This document shows, in pieces, positions 11,456 through 23,397 of a stretch of DNA of 64,000 nt (position 1 is the stretch's first letter; each line of letters starts with the position of its first letter). Where the stretch lies: assembly GCA_002633005.1 (NCBI GenBank), contig NMRA01000107.1:227492-291491 (forward strand), read 5' to 3'. The notes beneath the pieces are model-generated. The model was not told where the DNA came from. It saw only the letters and a program-made list of their open reading frames with translations, and did no database searches. The position numbers were made by a program, and so were the translations under genes. The DNA is from Phoronis australis (Eukaryota; Animalia; Phoronida).

Positions 11456-14400
11456 TCATGAGCACTTTTTAAAATGGTCAACAAAGTCCTTGACCGAGAG
11501 ATCTCCACTCTTTAACCTGACCCCGTAGCTGGACTGGTGTTTCAGTGTGAATACCAGCTTACGTATGTGTCGCCTATAAACATGGTGGACTCGTTTCCCT
11601 TGCTGATGGAACGCCTCTCTTTCAATGGCTTCGGGTAAAACATGACATTCCTGAAACACCAACCATACCTTTAAGTAACAATTAACACTATCCAACAAGA
11701 GCACCTCAAAGTGTTGAAAGGCACCCACGACTGCACTGCAAATGGTTATCTTCTAAGGGGGTTAGTATTATAAAAATGGCCACTAGATGGTGCAGATTGC
11801 ACCGAACCTGTTAGAAAATGGGAAGACGCATTCATGGGAGAAAACTTGCAAAACTTCACAAAGATCTTCCCAAGGAGATGTAGTCGCTGACGGATAAAAA
11901 ATTGACACTAGGGCACGTTGCAGCAGTCGCAGTCTGACAATCAACATGAGCTGTGCCTTTCTCATTAGAATATGTCTGTCAATTTTTGTAATAGAACTGT
12001 TCGACAAATAAAGAGGTGGGCAGCAAAAATAGACTAAAAGTAAGAAATAGACACTATAGGTGGCGCAAAATACAACAAATCTGTCGCAAAATAGAAAGGC
12101 ATAGACATCTCTTTACATAAACTGCTTGCCAAATTTCATGAAAATCCAATAACTCAAAAGATACAATGGCAAAGGCAAAACGATATTTTCCAACAAGGAG
12201 GCACAGTGTTAGTCAGACGGGTCCGAAACTTGTTATCATCCTTGGTCAGGTCAATAGGCACACATTAATTTGTTAAATTTCACAAAGCTCCTACAGAGGG
12301 TTAAGGAGATAAGCCATGAATGAAAAACCAATCATCTCCAGGGGGCGCCACAGTAGTCTGAGTTGTCTAAACCAGATGTGATAATTTCATCAGGAACACG
12401 TCTGCAAATTTTCTTAAGGATTCTTTGAGCTTTAGGCGGACAGGGAGGCCAGAAAACCAACTAAAAATAAAAAATGGCCACTAGGTGGCATACAATACGC
12501 TGAATCAGTCAACAAATGGAACAGCATGTCTGTCTCCTTAATAGAAACCTATTTGCCATCCATCAAGGAGCTCCAAAGATACAGATAGCAAATGTAGATC
12601 GCTTGGAAACTTGTCATCATCTGTTGACAGCTTCATAGGAACACATCTGCCAAGATCTTGCAAGGCATTAACGAGATACAGCAGTGGACGCTGGACACCC
12701 AGACAGAGATGACGGCAATATGCACGCACATATGTACACATGGGAGCATAATAACAGGTTTTAGTCATACTACAATGAGAAATAATTATTATTAATTCAG
12801 TTATTTTACATGCAAAACATTTGCCAAATTTCTTTCTCAAATGCTGACTGCTTCAACAAAAATCAAAATACCACTTAATATGCTTATGACGGCAAAAATC
12901 ATTCTAATGATATGCACTATGTGAGATTATGTGCTGAACAGATTAAGAATAAGATTAACATACATTTTTCACTTGTCTTGATTGTATTTTTATTAGATTA
13001 TTACTTTAATATCCACTAGAGTACAGCAGTGCTATTGATTTTTCATGAACGTCCGAGTTTTAGAATTTTAAAAATAACCATCAACAATAAACATTCTACA
13101 AGGACAGTTAAGGGATGCAATACAATTTCTAGGACTAATACCTCCAGTTCTAGAGAGGATGCAAGTAGTTTGCGAGCTGTTCGGCGGAAGTTCTCTGTAT
13201 CAGTGTCTGTGCGGACTTCGATTGGAGTTAGCTGACTTTTCTCTTTGTGGAATGTCCTCCAACATGTTACCACCTGCCTTGCTTCCTTAGCTACCTCGGG
13301 ACTGGAGTGTTTTCGCAGTTTATTGACTACATGACCTACAATGGAAAAAGATTCTCACACATTAACATACATCTGTTAGATCACTTAAAGGTAATACACT
13401 ACCTAGCTAGGTACCAAGGACTGAATTTCTTAAATACCATAACTTATTTTCCGTAAACATTACCTTTTTACATGGAACTTGTTAATTTTGTTTCTTTATT
13501 TCATCACCTACAAAAGCGCTGTGGGTTTTTTTAGGATTTTTAGCCCAGTTGGTCCCTTAAGAAACAAGAACAAACTGTTGAGTGCCAAGAGTGCACCACA
13601 ATCGATATGTTTCTAGGGGTGATTATTAGTTTCAAATATGGTAAAAGGTTAAAAGTTGACCACAAGAGGTAGCAGCAATAGTTAAAAGTCACAAAAATGC
13701 TGTTACCTCACCTTTTAAAACTTGCACCTACTGGTAATCAAAAATTTCAATATTTCCAACAAAGATGCAAAACATGCCACACAGGGACGCAGTATTAGAC
13801 ATCCAAAATCAGCACGTCTAGTCTATTTCTTTCCATGCAAGAGCAATGAAGAGCATTGAAATGTGCCCAAAATTGCACCATTAACAGTATGCATTTAGGG
13901 ATGTTTATTTAGTATCACAACTAGCCAACTGCAGAATATGATGGACCTGTCTAAAAATGGAAAGGCCTTGCCAACTTCCTCAAAGAAACCTATTGGGAAA
14001 ATTTCATGAAAATTCGGCCAGGATCTCCAAACATTTTGAGGCAAATGAAAAAACAGAATTGCCACCACAAGGCACTGTGACAATGGTTCAAACTTTGTCA
14101 TCACGTTCATAGAAATATACTTGTCAAATTTCACAAAGCTGGAGCAGGGCTTGACGCAAAACCCACTAGGGGGATACCACAGTAGGCAAAGTTGTCAGAA
14201 AATAATTCAGTCAGACATGCTCTTTGCCGTAGGAACACATATGCCAATTTTTATAATGATCCTCAGTGTGATTTGGTAGAGAGAGAGAGAGAGGTAGAAG
14301 CCAAAAATCTCAAGTAATAGTAAAAATGGCCATTAGGTGACTAAAATATGTTGAATACATCTGAAAACTGGAAGGAACTCCAAAGACACAAAGGCAAAAG

Positions 14401-17400
14401 AAAAAAAATTGTTGCTAGGGTGCACACTGGTATTCCGATTCATCCGAAAACTTGCTCATGCCATCCATTATGAGAGCATATGTGCAAAATTTATGGACAT
14501 GAGGGCTTAACGGTTTAACTTTTTCAGTTTGATTACATTTTTAGAATAGGATCTCACAGAAATTACTAAATGTGATTATTTATTTAAAAATCAGGTAAGA
14601 ATATTGTTTATGATCCCATCAAAAACAGCGTTTTTATTCTCCTTTGTTAAAATGTAACAGAGACAATGATACAATGTACACTAATAGGGGTGACATCATA
14701 ATGCCTCCCTCCATTCATACATACAAATATTATATATACTGTTGCATAGCGCCCCATTTTTCTAAAAGCCCCTATAGGCGGATTTAGGGGGGACCCAGGG
14801 GGCCCGAGCTCCCCTTGGCTGCCGCAAAAAATTAAAACAGCAAGAGCGAAGGGAAATGTTGAGTTTATTAATTAACCCCGGTAATTAAAATTATACAGAT
14901 GAAACAAGATTTAAATGTGTGCAGTTTTAGCATTTGGGGGAGGGGGGGCTCAGATCCAACTTCAAGTGTCAAATTCGGAACACGGCGCATTCGTAACGGA
15001 ACTATGGCTAAGTATAGGCTCTCCCGCGATATCCCAGGTGACCGGCAGTGGCGCAGCACACTACGACTCCGTTTCTGTCGACTGTTCCACTGTGCAATGA
15101 AGAAATTTACTTCATTTTTTAAAGAAAATGGAACCTGAGTGATGATGAAAAAACAGAAGCTGCTGGTAAGATGTGAATTTTAGTCGAAGCCTCAGTGAAT
15201 CACTCAGAAACTCATAACTCATAATTCTCTCTTTGTCAAACCTTAACTTAAGACGATTTCCAAAGCAAATATCCCATCATTATTGCCAACATGAAAAACG
15301 GATTTGGTCTTTTGGGCATTTGAAGACTATTTTAAATAAAACAAATTTGTTAAGAACCGATTGCACAAAATATAAAACGTGTAATAAGCATTACAAAAAG
15401 AAGTAGATTTCGTGCGCAAACGCTGTGGACCATAAACAAGTAGGTCTCTTAGTAAGAGATTAGTAGCTAAATCAGGGTGGCGTAGTGGTAAAGCACGCGC
15501 GCTCTTTCCGCCAGGTCGTGAGTTCGAGTCTGTGGTACTGGCAGTTTTTCCTGTTTGACACGTTCTCCGCGTTTTTTTGCCTTTTTTTCTTGGATAATAA
15601 TTCAGGAATCAAGAAAAATGCTTGATTTTTAGAGGAAAAAACAGAAAAATTTCCTGGGCAAACCCCCCTTCCAACCTCCCCCCATTCGGTGCTATGCGCA
15701 TCTACAGCCGGACAAAATGTTGGGCCCCCCTTGTGATATCCTAGATCCGCCACTGGGCCCCAACATTTAACTTAAATGTAGCATACCAATTTTTGTAGAC
15801 AACAGTATATCCTTGGATGGTATCTTTTTTCCCAGCTCTTTAAGCGCTTCTAACAAAACGTCACAACTTTGATTGTCTAGAAGAAGCACGGACTTCATTC
15901 TCAGTATATCATCGACAATGATAACTCTCTGAAAAAAATAGATTACTAGTAAAACAAAAAGTTACAAAAGACCATCGTGAATTTTTCACAAGAATTACAA
16001 GATTTATGTCAACATATTAGTAAATTCATTGCTAGACATTCAACTAAAAGCTCAAAAAAGATAGGAGACTTATCAGAGGAAGAGTGAGAACGTTTGTCAT
16101 CCAAATTCTGGGACCTTCTTACGCAGCCATCTGAGCCACCACTCTTCATAGGTAATACGGACCAGCCCTATTGATGCAGAATATGCACAATGATTGTGTC
16201 TACATGAAAGTGCAACAGATTTACATTTTGATCAACAAAATAAACAATATGTGTGGAAACAGTTACCTGTGAATAATAGATTGGATACAAATACACTGCC
16301 ACTAAAAACTGTAAATGAAATTTATGAGTCACCCAACCAGAAACCTTCAGACCTTAGCCTTAACAAAACGCGATTATAAACAGACAATTTTTAACATGTG
16401 GCCAAGTAAATTGGACTGAGAATAGGATTGAACTTGATGTTCACATTGATAATACTATACTAAATCAATTCACAGGTTACACATTAATTTTGATGAACCT
16501 TTCTTGTCCTTGATCAAGTTCAGCTATAGGCAACATTATTCACCAAAGAATATATTGATTAGCATTCACTCCAATTCTGAGACACAAGTTTCAGTACAGG
16601 AGAAAATGGGTGATTATGGGGTCACTTTTACAAAAATTATTTATACTGACCAACAATTTTACCCTTATTGACTCGATCAATGAACATAAAATTCCAAGTA
16701 AGCATAGGTCTTTAAGCGATCTTGAGATAACTAGTCCCTGTATTTTCCAACTGATATTGCTGCGACCCTATGTTCCCACGGCCCCCTGTTTCCCAGTCCT
16801 TAAACTCCCCCGGCCCTACACTTTCGATATATCAAGAGTCAATTTCTTTAGGTTAATTGTCTAATCTATTAATAGTTGAAGATTCTACATCTGAAAAGCA
16901 CACAAGGTTGCTCGCCAATCATAAAAAGTCCATTAAAACAGCACGAGCTACCAAAATTCGGCAAAGGCGCAATTCATAGCTCTGTACATACCTCGTGAAT
17001 CTTAGTAAAAGGACCACTTTTTCTCTAAAATTTGTGTATCACATTCTTTAGGCTGGGTGCGCGAATGCACCNACGTTCTCCGCGTTTTTTTGCCTTTTTT
17101 TCTTGGATAATAATTCAGGAATCAAGAAAAATGCTTGATTTTTAGAGGAAAAAACAGAAAAATTTCCTGGGCAAACCCCCCTTCCAACCTCCCCCCATTC
17201 GGTGCTATGCGCATCTACAGCCGGACAAAATGTTGGGCCCCCCTTGTGATATCCTAGATCCGCCACTGGGCCCCAACATTTAACTTAAATGTTGCATACC
17301 AATTTTTGTAGACAACAGTATATCCTTGGATGGTATCTTTTTTCCCAGCTCTTTAAGCGCTTCTAACAAAACGTCACAACTTTGATTGTCTAGAAGAAGC

Positions 17401-19183
17401 ACGGACTTCATTCTCAGTATATCATCGACAATGATAACTCTCTGAAAAAAATAGATTACTAGTAAAACAAAAAGTTACAACAAAAGACCATCGTAAATTT
17501 TTCACAAGGATTACAAGATTTATGTTGACATTTTAGTAAATTCATTGCTAGACATTCAACTAAAAGTTCAAAAAAGATAGGAGACTTATCAGAGGAAGAC
17601 TGAGAACGTTTGTCATCCAAATTCTGGGACCTTCTTACGCAGCCATATGGGCCATCCACTTTTCATAGGTAATACGGACGAGCCCTATTGATGCAGAAGA
17701 TATACAATGATTGTGTCTACATGAAAGTGCAACAGATTTACATTTCGATCAACAAAATAAACAATATGTGTGGAAACAGTTACCTGTGAGTAATAGATTG
17801 GATACAAATACACTGCCACTAAAAACTGTAAATGAAATTTAAGAGTCACCCAACCAGAAGCCTTCAGACCTTAGCCTTAACAAAACGCGATTATAAACAG
17901 ACAATTTTTAACGTATGGCCAAGTAAATTGCACTGAGAATAGGATTGAACTTGATGTTCACATTGATAATACTATACTAAATCAAATCACAGGTTACACA
18001 TTAATTTTGATGAACCTTTCTTGTCCTTGATCAAGTTCAGCTATAGGCAACATTATTCACCAAAGAATATATTGATTAGCCATTCACATATTCCTCCAAT
18101 TCTGAGACACAAGTTTCAGTACAGGAGAAAATGGGTGATTATGGGGTCACTTTTTACAAAAATTATTTATACTGACCAACAATTTTACCCTTATTGACTC
18201 AATGAACATAAAATTCTAAGTAAGCATAGGTCTAAGCGATCTTGAGATAACTAGTCCCTGTATTTTCCAACTGATATTGCTTCGACCCTATGTTCCCATG
18301 GCCCCCTGTTTCCCAGTCCTTAAACTCCCCTGGCCCTACACTTTCGATATATCAAGAGTCAATTTCTTTAGGTTAATTGTCTAATCTATTAATAGTTGAA
18401 GATTCTACATCTGAAAAGCACACAATGTTGCTCGCCAATCATAAAAAACGGCAGGAGCTACCAAAATTCGGCAAAGGCACAATTCATAGCTCTGTACATA
18501 CCTCGTGAATCTTAGTATAAGGACCACTTTTTCTCTAAAATTTGTGTATCATATTCTTTAGGCTGGGTGCGCGTATGCACCTGAGGCACACCAAAATATC
18601 GCCTTTAAAGTTTTAAACTCAGAAATTTAATTAACTAGTAGGGAGAACATTGAGATGGAGGGACATAGGGCCGGGTGAACATCGGAATCGGGAACATCGC
18701 GTCGGGTTACCACAAACGGTATTGTTGTATAGGTGGGTAACTGATTTGTCAGAACCAGTTACTACAACTGAATAAGGAGCATCATTCAGTTGGAGTAACT
18801 GATTCGCAAATCTGGGACCCATCTATCCGACTATTGCAGTATCCACATGTACATCGTCAAGCTGGCTGCGGAGGGTAATAAAGATAGGGAAACAGTGGGC
18901 AGACCCTGTTTAGGCACAACGGTTCTACTGCCTAGCTGGCCGCCTAACCCCATCATTTAAAACCCCCGCCTGCGTTAGTTTATGACCGCTCGGGTAGGCA
19001 TACTTGAAGAGACTCAAGTGTGGCTTGTCGTTTTTCTGTGACTGTGTTCTTTGCCTTTGTCTGTTGCGAAATTGCCCCATCTTGTTTACTTGTATTCACT
19101 TCTTCACCTTTGCTTGATGGTGTACGCACTAATAAATCGTTGCTTGATTTTACTCGTGGCGTTCGGGTCACGTACTTGTCCAT
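11456..19183 (-). CDS. TCEANC2: Transcription elongation factor A N-terminal and central domain-containing protein 2 (TCEANC2), 4 coding exons, 236 aa
   Basis: Exons (minus strand) 19183-19004, 17441-17300 (identical second copy 15928-15787), 13335-13142, 11650-11456. GT-AG and phase-consistent when one exon-2 copy is used (711 nt). [11 protein letters not shown]...[16 protein letters not shown]...[25 protein letters not shown]...IEVRTD...[14 protein letters not shown] matches remembered TCEANC2 (MDKFVIRTPRI...QATIESLKRVVVVEDI...[25 protein letters not shown]...YRRTVRALVFTLKH). Confidence 0.93.
11694..12751 (+). repeat. Dispersed multi-subunit repeat with CCACTAG(A/G)TGG motifs (TCEANC2 intron 3)
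   Basis: Starts AACAAGAG, ends GGGAGCATAA, with internal degenerate subunits (AAAATGGCCACTAG..., GGAACAC...TGCCAAATTTCA). 12610-12740 matches the reverse complement of 8560-8680. Related copies at about 13575-14510, 62528-62790 and 63300-64000. Confidence 0.65.
14773..15755. mobile_element. Composite or nested GGCGGAT-family TIR element in a TCEANC2 intron
   Basis: Left end TATAGGCGGATTTAGG, right end CCTAGATCCGCCACTG, flanks AGCCCC/GGCCCC. TIR match is imperfect, so this may be two nested elements. Confidence 0.4.
15471..15545 (+). pseudogene. Degenerate tRNA-like sequence (pseudo-tRNA or SINE head)
   Basis: A-box-like TGGCGTAGTGG and B-box-like GAGTTCGAGTC at tRNA spacing, but T-stem and acceptor stem do not pair. 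Confidence 0.4.
15560..18581. other. Tandem 1.5-kb duplication (15560-17071 / 17073-18581) joined by a single N; probable haplotype assembly artefact
   Basis: Both copies start ACGTTCTCCGCG and end GCGCG(A/T)ATGCACC. Scattered intronic SNPs and indels, identical TCEANC2 exon 2, N exactly at the junction. Confidence 0.85.
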
Positions 19184-20202
19184 AACTCACCGCGACGCTC
19201 AATGCCCAAATGTTGGCATTGACAGACTGTCCTTTCAACCTAAGACACTACGGTCTCTGTTTCAACCATGGCCTTTAGCGCTAAGAGGTGGCGCTGCTGT
19301 GCGTGAACTTGGAATCCTGCTTTAATCTCAGCGGTGAAGATCGCGTATGCGTGAACTTGGAATTGAATATTCATAAATTATGGGTAATCAAGTGAAATTT
19401 TTTGTTCAGTGTAAAGATTTTATTTTGTAATTATTGGTCTCATGGGCACCGATTTTCACCTTTAGCGTAACTTGTGTCAGAGAATCGGAGGAATATATGA
19501 ATGGTGGCCAATATATAGTTGAAAAAAGTGGTTAAATTTACGTTACGTATCAGTCCACGTATCCACCGACCACAGTACAGCCAATAAGCGGCAAGGTGGA
19601 TGGTCAACCATTCAGAACCACATTAGGAATGAGAGAAATTGGGTGAAGTATGACACCTCAGAGTTTGGTGGTTTTCACTTAGTCTTCTGGGGGACAAAAT
19701 GATGCTGTACGACCCATTTTCTACTACAGTTTCTGCTTCAAACCGAATTTTTTCTAAATACTTTTGATATCATGTGATAGGCTCATGACCAATGTAAGCA
19801 AAAATGGCACTAAAATACAGATTATCATGGCAACACCGGAACTGTGGAGGTACATTCCACTCCTGTCAAAACCAGCTGTACATCTACCCTTATATCTAAG
19901 CTATACCCGCCCGAGAACTTACTGAAAATAATAACACAGACATGTAGAAGACTTAATGCCCTTGACTTGAAAGAAATGCAAAAAACTTTTGTCAACTCTT
20001 CATGCACTCTTGGGACAAGTTGACTGAATTTCACTATTTTCAGGCCGCACATTTGTGTATTTGTCGTGTTTTAACCAGTCACTATTTGTGCGCCGTTTGT
20101 ACGCATTAAAACGCCGTAAATATACTACAAGAATTAACAGAATTGGTTTGCTTAAATGCTTTAATTAATTTTAATAACACAAAAAGTTCTCATTAAAATA
20201 TG

Positions 20203-20351
20203 AATTTGTTAAATGCACGACACTTTCATTGTTCACAGTCTTTATTCCGCTACGTTCTATGTTCAGTTGAGAGTAGAGTTTTGTTCCGAAAGTACGAACG
20301 TAACGGAATAAAGACTGTGAACAATGAAAAGTGTCGTGCATTTAACAAATT
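20203..20351. repeat. Near-perfect 55-bp inverted repeat (hairpin/MITE)
   Basis: Arm 20203-20257 pairs with arm 20296-20351 (one mismatch, one 1-nt indel); 38-nt loop. Confidence 0.9.
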
Positions 20352-20769
20352 ATGTATAACGGAAAACTTGCTCCCGAAGTACAGTCATTAAAATATGAAA
20401 TTATATTAGATTTTTTCATCCAACTCAATGAATACCCAAACTAAAGTAACAATGCGTTGGTTGAATGATGGCTGATCTAAAGCGCAGGTTTGCGAATTTA
20501 TCTGGCACCACTAGTCGCATCAAATGTGGCATTTCTTACAAATTGCCGACAGAATTAACTTTGGAATCTCTTGGGAAATGCACAAGGAATATAGCGAGAC
20601 ATTTGAGAACCTTAAAAGTGAGGGGAGGCGATGTGATCGAGTGAAGGAGGTGGAACTTGTCCTCTCAGGAAGTAGCCTGTCTGCCTCGGAGTCGGAGGCA
20701 AGTGTGCAGTAGGAGCTAGATAATCTAGTAGATTCACTTGCCCTAATCATGGATATAGCCCTCGATCGG

Positions 20770-21116
20770 CAGTGGCGGATTTAGGGGAGGGGGCAAGGGG
20801 GCCATGGCCCCCCTCTGAAATTCTTCCAGATACCATTTGGCTCGGGGGTTGAATAAACAATGCATAGGCCCTGAACGACAAACCCCGTTTACCTTTTTTT
20901 AGTCAAAAGGTCCGCAAACCCAATAATTCGAGACCCCTGCATCCCTACATGTTAGGCTGGGCGCTCGCATCTGCCGAGATTCTGGTTATTCCTGTGCCCT
21001 GCCCCCCCCCCCCCNNNNNNNNNNNNNNNNNNNNNNNNNNNNNNNNNNNNNNNNNNNNNNNNNNNNNNNNNNNNNNNNNNNNNNNNNNNNNNNNNAAAAT
21101 CCTGGATCCGCCCCTG
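20770..21116. mobile_element. GGCGGAT-family MITE spanning an N gap
   Basis: CAGTGGCGGATTTAGG at 20770 and CCTGGATCCGCCCCTG ending 21116, with N run at 21015-21095. Confidence 0.55.
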
Positions 21117-23397
21117 GACATGCTGTCTAATTGAAACCGACAAGCTTATTTTTCACTTTGTGGTGGTTATTTATTGATAAGAACATTGTTGTAACACATG
21201 ATTCCCCGTCCAAACAGACACCTCAAGTTTTTGAAGAAGATGAATTTTACAGTGTCGCCAACGACATTGCGAAATCCCTTTTTTGCAGAGACTACATCAC
21301 CTCCCTGACTTTATGGGGTTTGTGTGGTTGACCCTGTCCTGTACCAGTTGGACTCAGTGTTAGAGGTCCAGAAGGCATTTGTTCATTAGAGCCATGACAT
21401 TTGAATGATTGACTGTACATTTATCTTTGTATTGTATATTGGAAATATATTTTATAGTATACAAGTCTCTGGTTGGTATATTATATTTTCACCTGGAATA
21501 TTTTGAACTTTTTTAGATGAGTTGTCTGCGAGGTAGACAACTTTCAAATGAGATGAGAAATAAAATGGTCAAACATTGTGTTATTGCTAGATGTATGATC
21601 TTGTAAGTGATTACTTTTGAAAAACCAGTGGAGAATTTGATCTTTACTGTTCTTTTATTTTTTTGTTTGCATGCTTCTAACTATTCAAATGCACAGCAGG
21701 AACTAAACAACAATGCTATTCGAACACCTTCTACGCTAAACAACGCGCAGTTGTATAATTCACTGACAACTTGTAAATGTAAAAACAAAAAAAATACAAT
21801 TGCACTAATGACGTACCATGGGGCTCACATAACCCGCACCACGCAGTGTTATTCCCCAATACCACGTCACGATACTTACTGGAGACGGTTGAGTGATTTA
21901 CGGCAGATCATTTTCGACACAAAACTCATTCTTAAAAACATTTAGCAATTTTCAACCTAGTTCATATTCACATCATCGCTATACGTTACGTTTCTAACTA
22001 ATTTGGCCAAGGAATCACAAAGATAAGGAATCAACATACAAGTTCCACTTTAAATGAGAATAAACGCATAAACCTGCATTGTCCACTTTTACTCAAACTA
22101 CACATTACAAGGTTGGGGACTGGAATCTTAAATTAACACAACAGAATCGGAACCTTTACCATGGGCTGGGAGTAATATTGGTCCTAGCCATGGGCAATAC
22201 AACACAACACATGGAAATAAAAAGGGGTGTTTAGGTTCCACGAAAAGGATTCATGTGCGTGGTAAGAGTTACTGCGGTGTGTGATAAGCGTTTGTTGATA
22301 CTTTGAGACTCCCGTTGTTATAATAAAGATAATGACAAGCATTTATCGGTCACGGTTTCATGTACGCCCAAGGTACTACATCCATGCGACCTGTATTGTT
22401 GTAGCCAACAATGACGCAACAAAGGAAAACAATGATATGACCGATAGGCGATAACTATGCCACTAGTTGCCATGGACAGTGCTGGAATTTGCCTCTGTGT
22501 ATCTTCGAATGTTTTTGGAGAACTTCAAACCAATATTTCGTCAGGAAAACTGATTTATGAAACCTTTTGTTTTAAGTCCTATGAAAAATTGTGGTTATGC
22601 CAATAAACTTATAATTCATTTGATATTACAATGCATTACATGAACATTTGGTCAACAGAAAATCTGATTTGAATATGTGTGAAGAAATCCCCATGAGAAA
22701 ATTACAAGACATAACAACTATAAAATCAAAATAACCTATATTTGTCGTAACCCTGTTCACTGGGGAGGACATAATCGACTTTTTACAAAAAATGGAGCCG
22801 TGTATGGTATCTGGGAGTATTATAGTTTTAGATGGTATGTAGTGAAACATTCAGGAGGAACAAACTCGATTGCAAAATATCAAAAACTGTTAAAGACAGA
22901 CAGATTTTACGTGCGATCTCAGATATTTGAAAATTACTCATTTTAGTACATTTGAGGTGTCAAAATAACTAATACATTCTTATAGCATTATGGGCAGATT
23001 TGGTATAGCAGTGTATTAAAAATAGCCTCAAAATGGCAAAAGGGGGGTAGTGTAGTAAAACTACTAAATGAGAGTGGTAAACCGGTATCTTTTTTCAAGA
23101 TATCTGTATAACAATCTATTGGCATCACTAAACAATGCCAAGTGAATAATAGTTCAATAACTTTCATTCAAGGAAAAAATAAACACTTAAAATTAGACAG
23201 TTTTCACAGTCTTAAAACATGGCTGCGAAGCCGTAAAATGTGTTTGAGCCCATAACTTTGGTAGAAAGTTATATTTTGGGAAATATTTCACTGCTGTTTA
23301 TAAATACCATAGGACCGCCTATGTGTCAAATTTGGTGGGAATCGGCTGACCCCCACCTTGTCGCTGGATGGTTGGTGTTCTCGTGGACTATACTTAA

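Noticed and set aside
15136-15208. C/D snoRNA-like GTGATGA with terminal stem
   Set aside because: No CTGA D box near the 3' stem; it lies within a repeat, and similar sequence occurs inverted near 3375.
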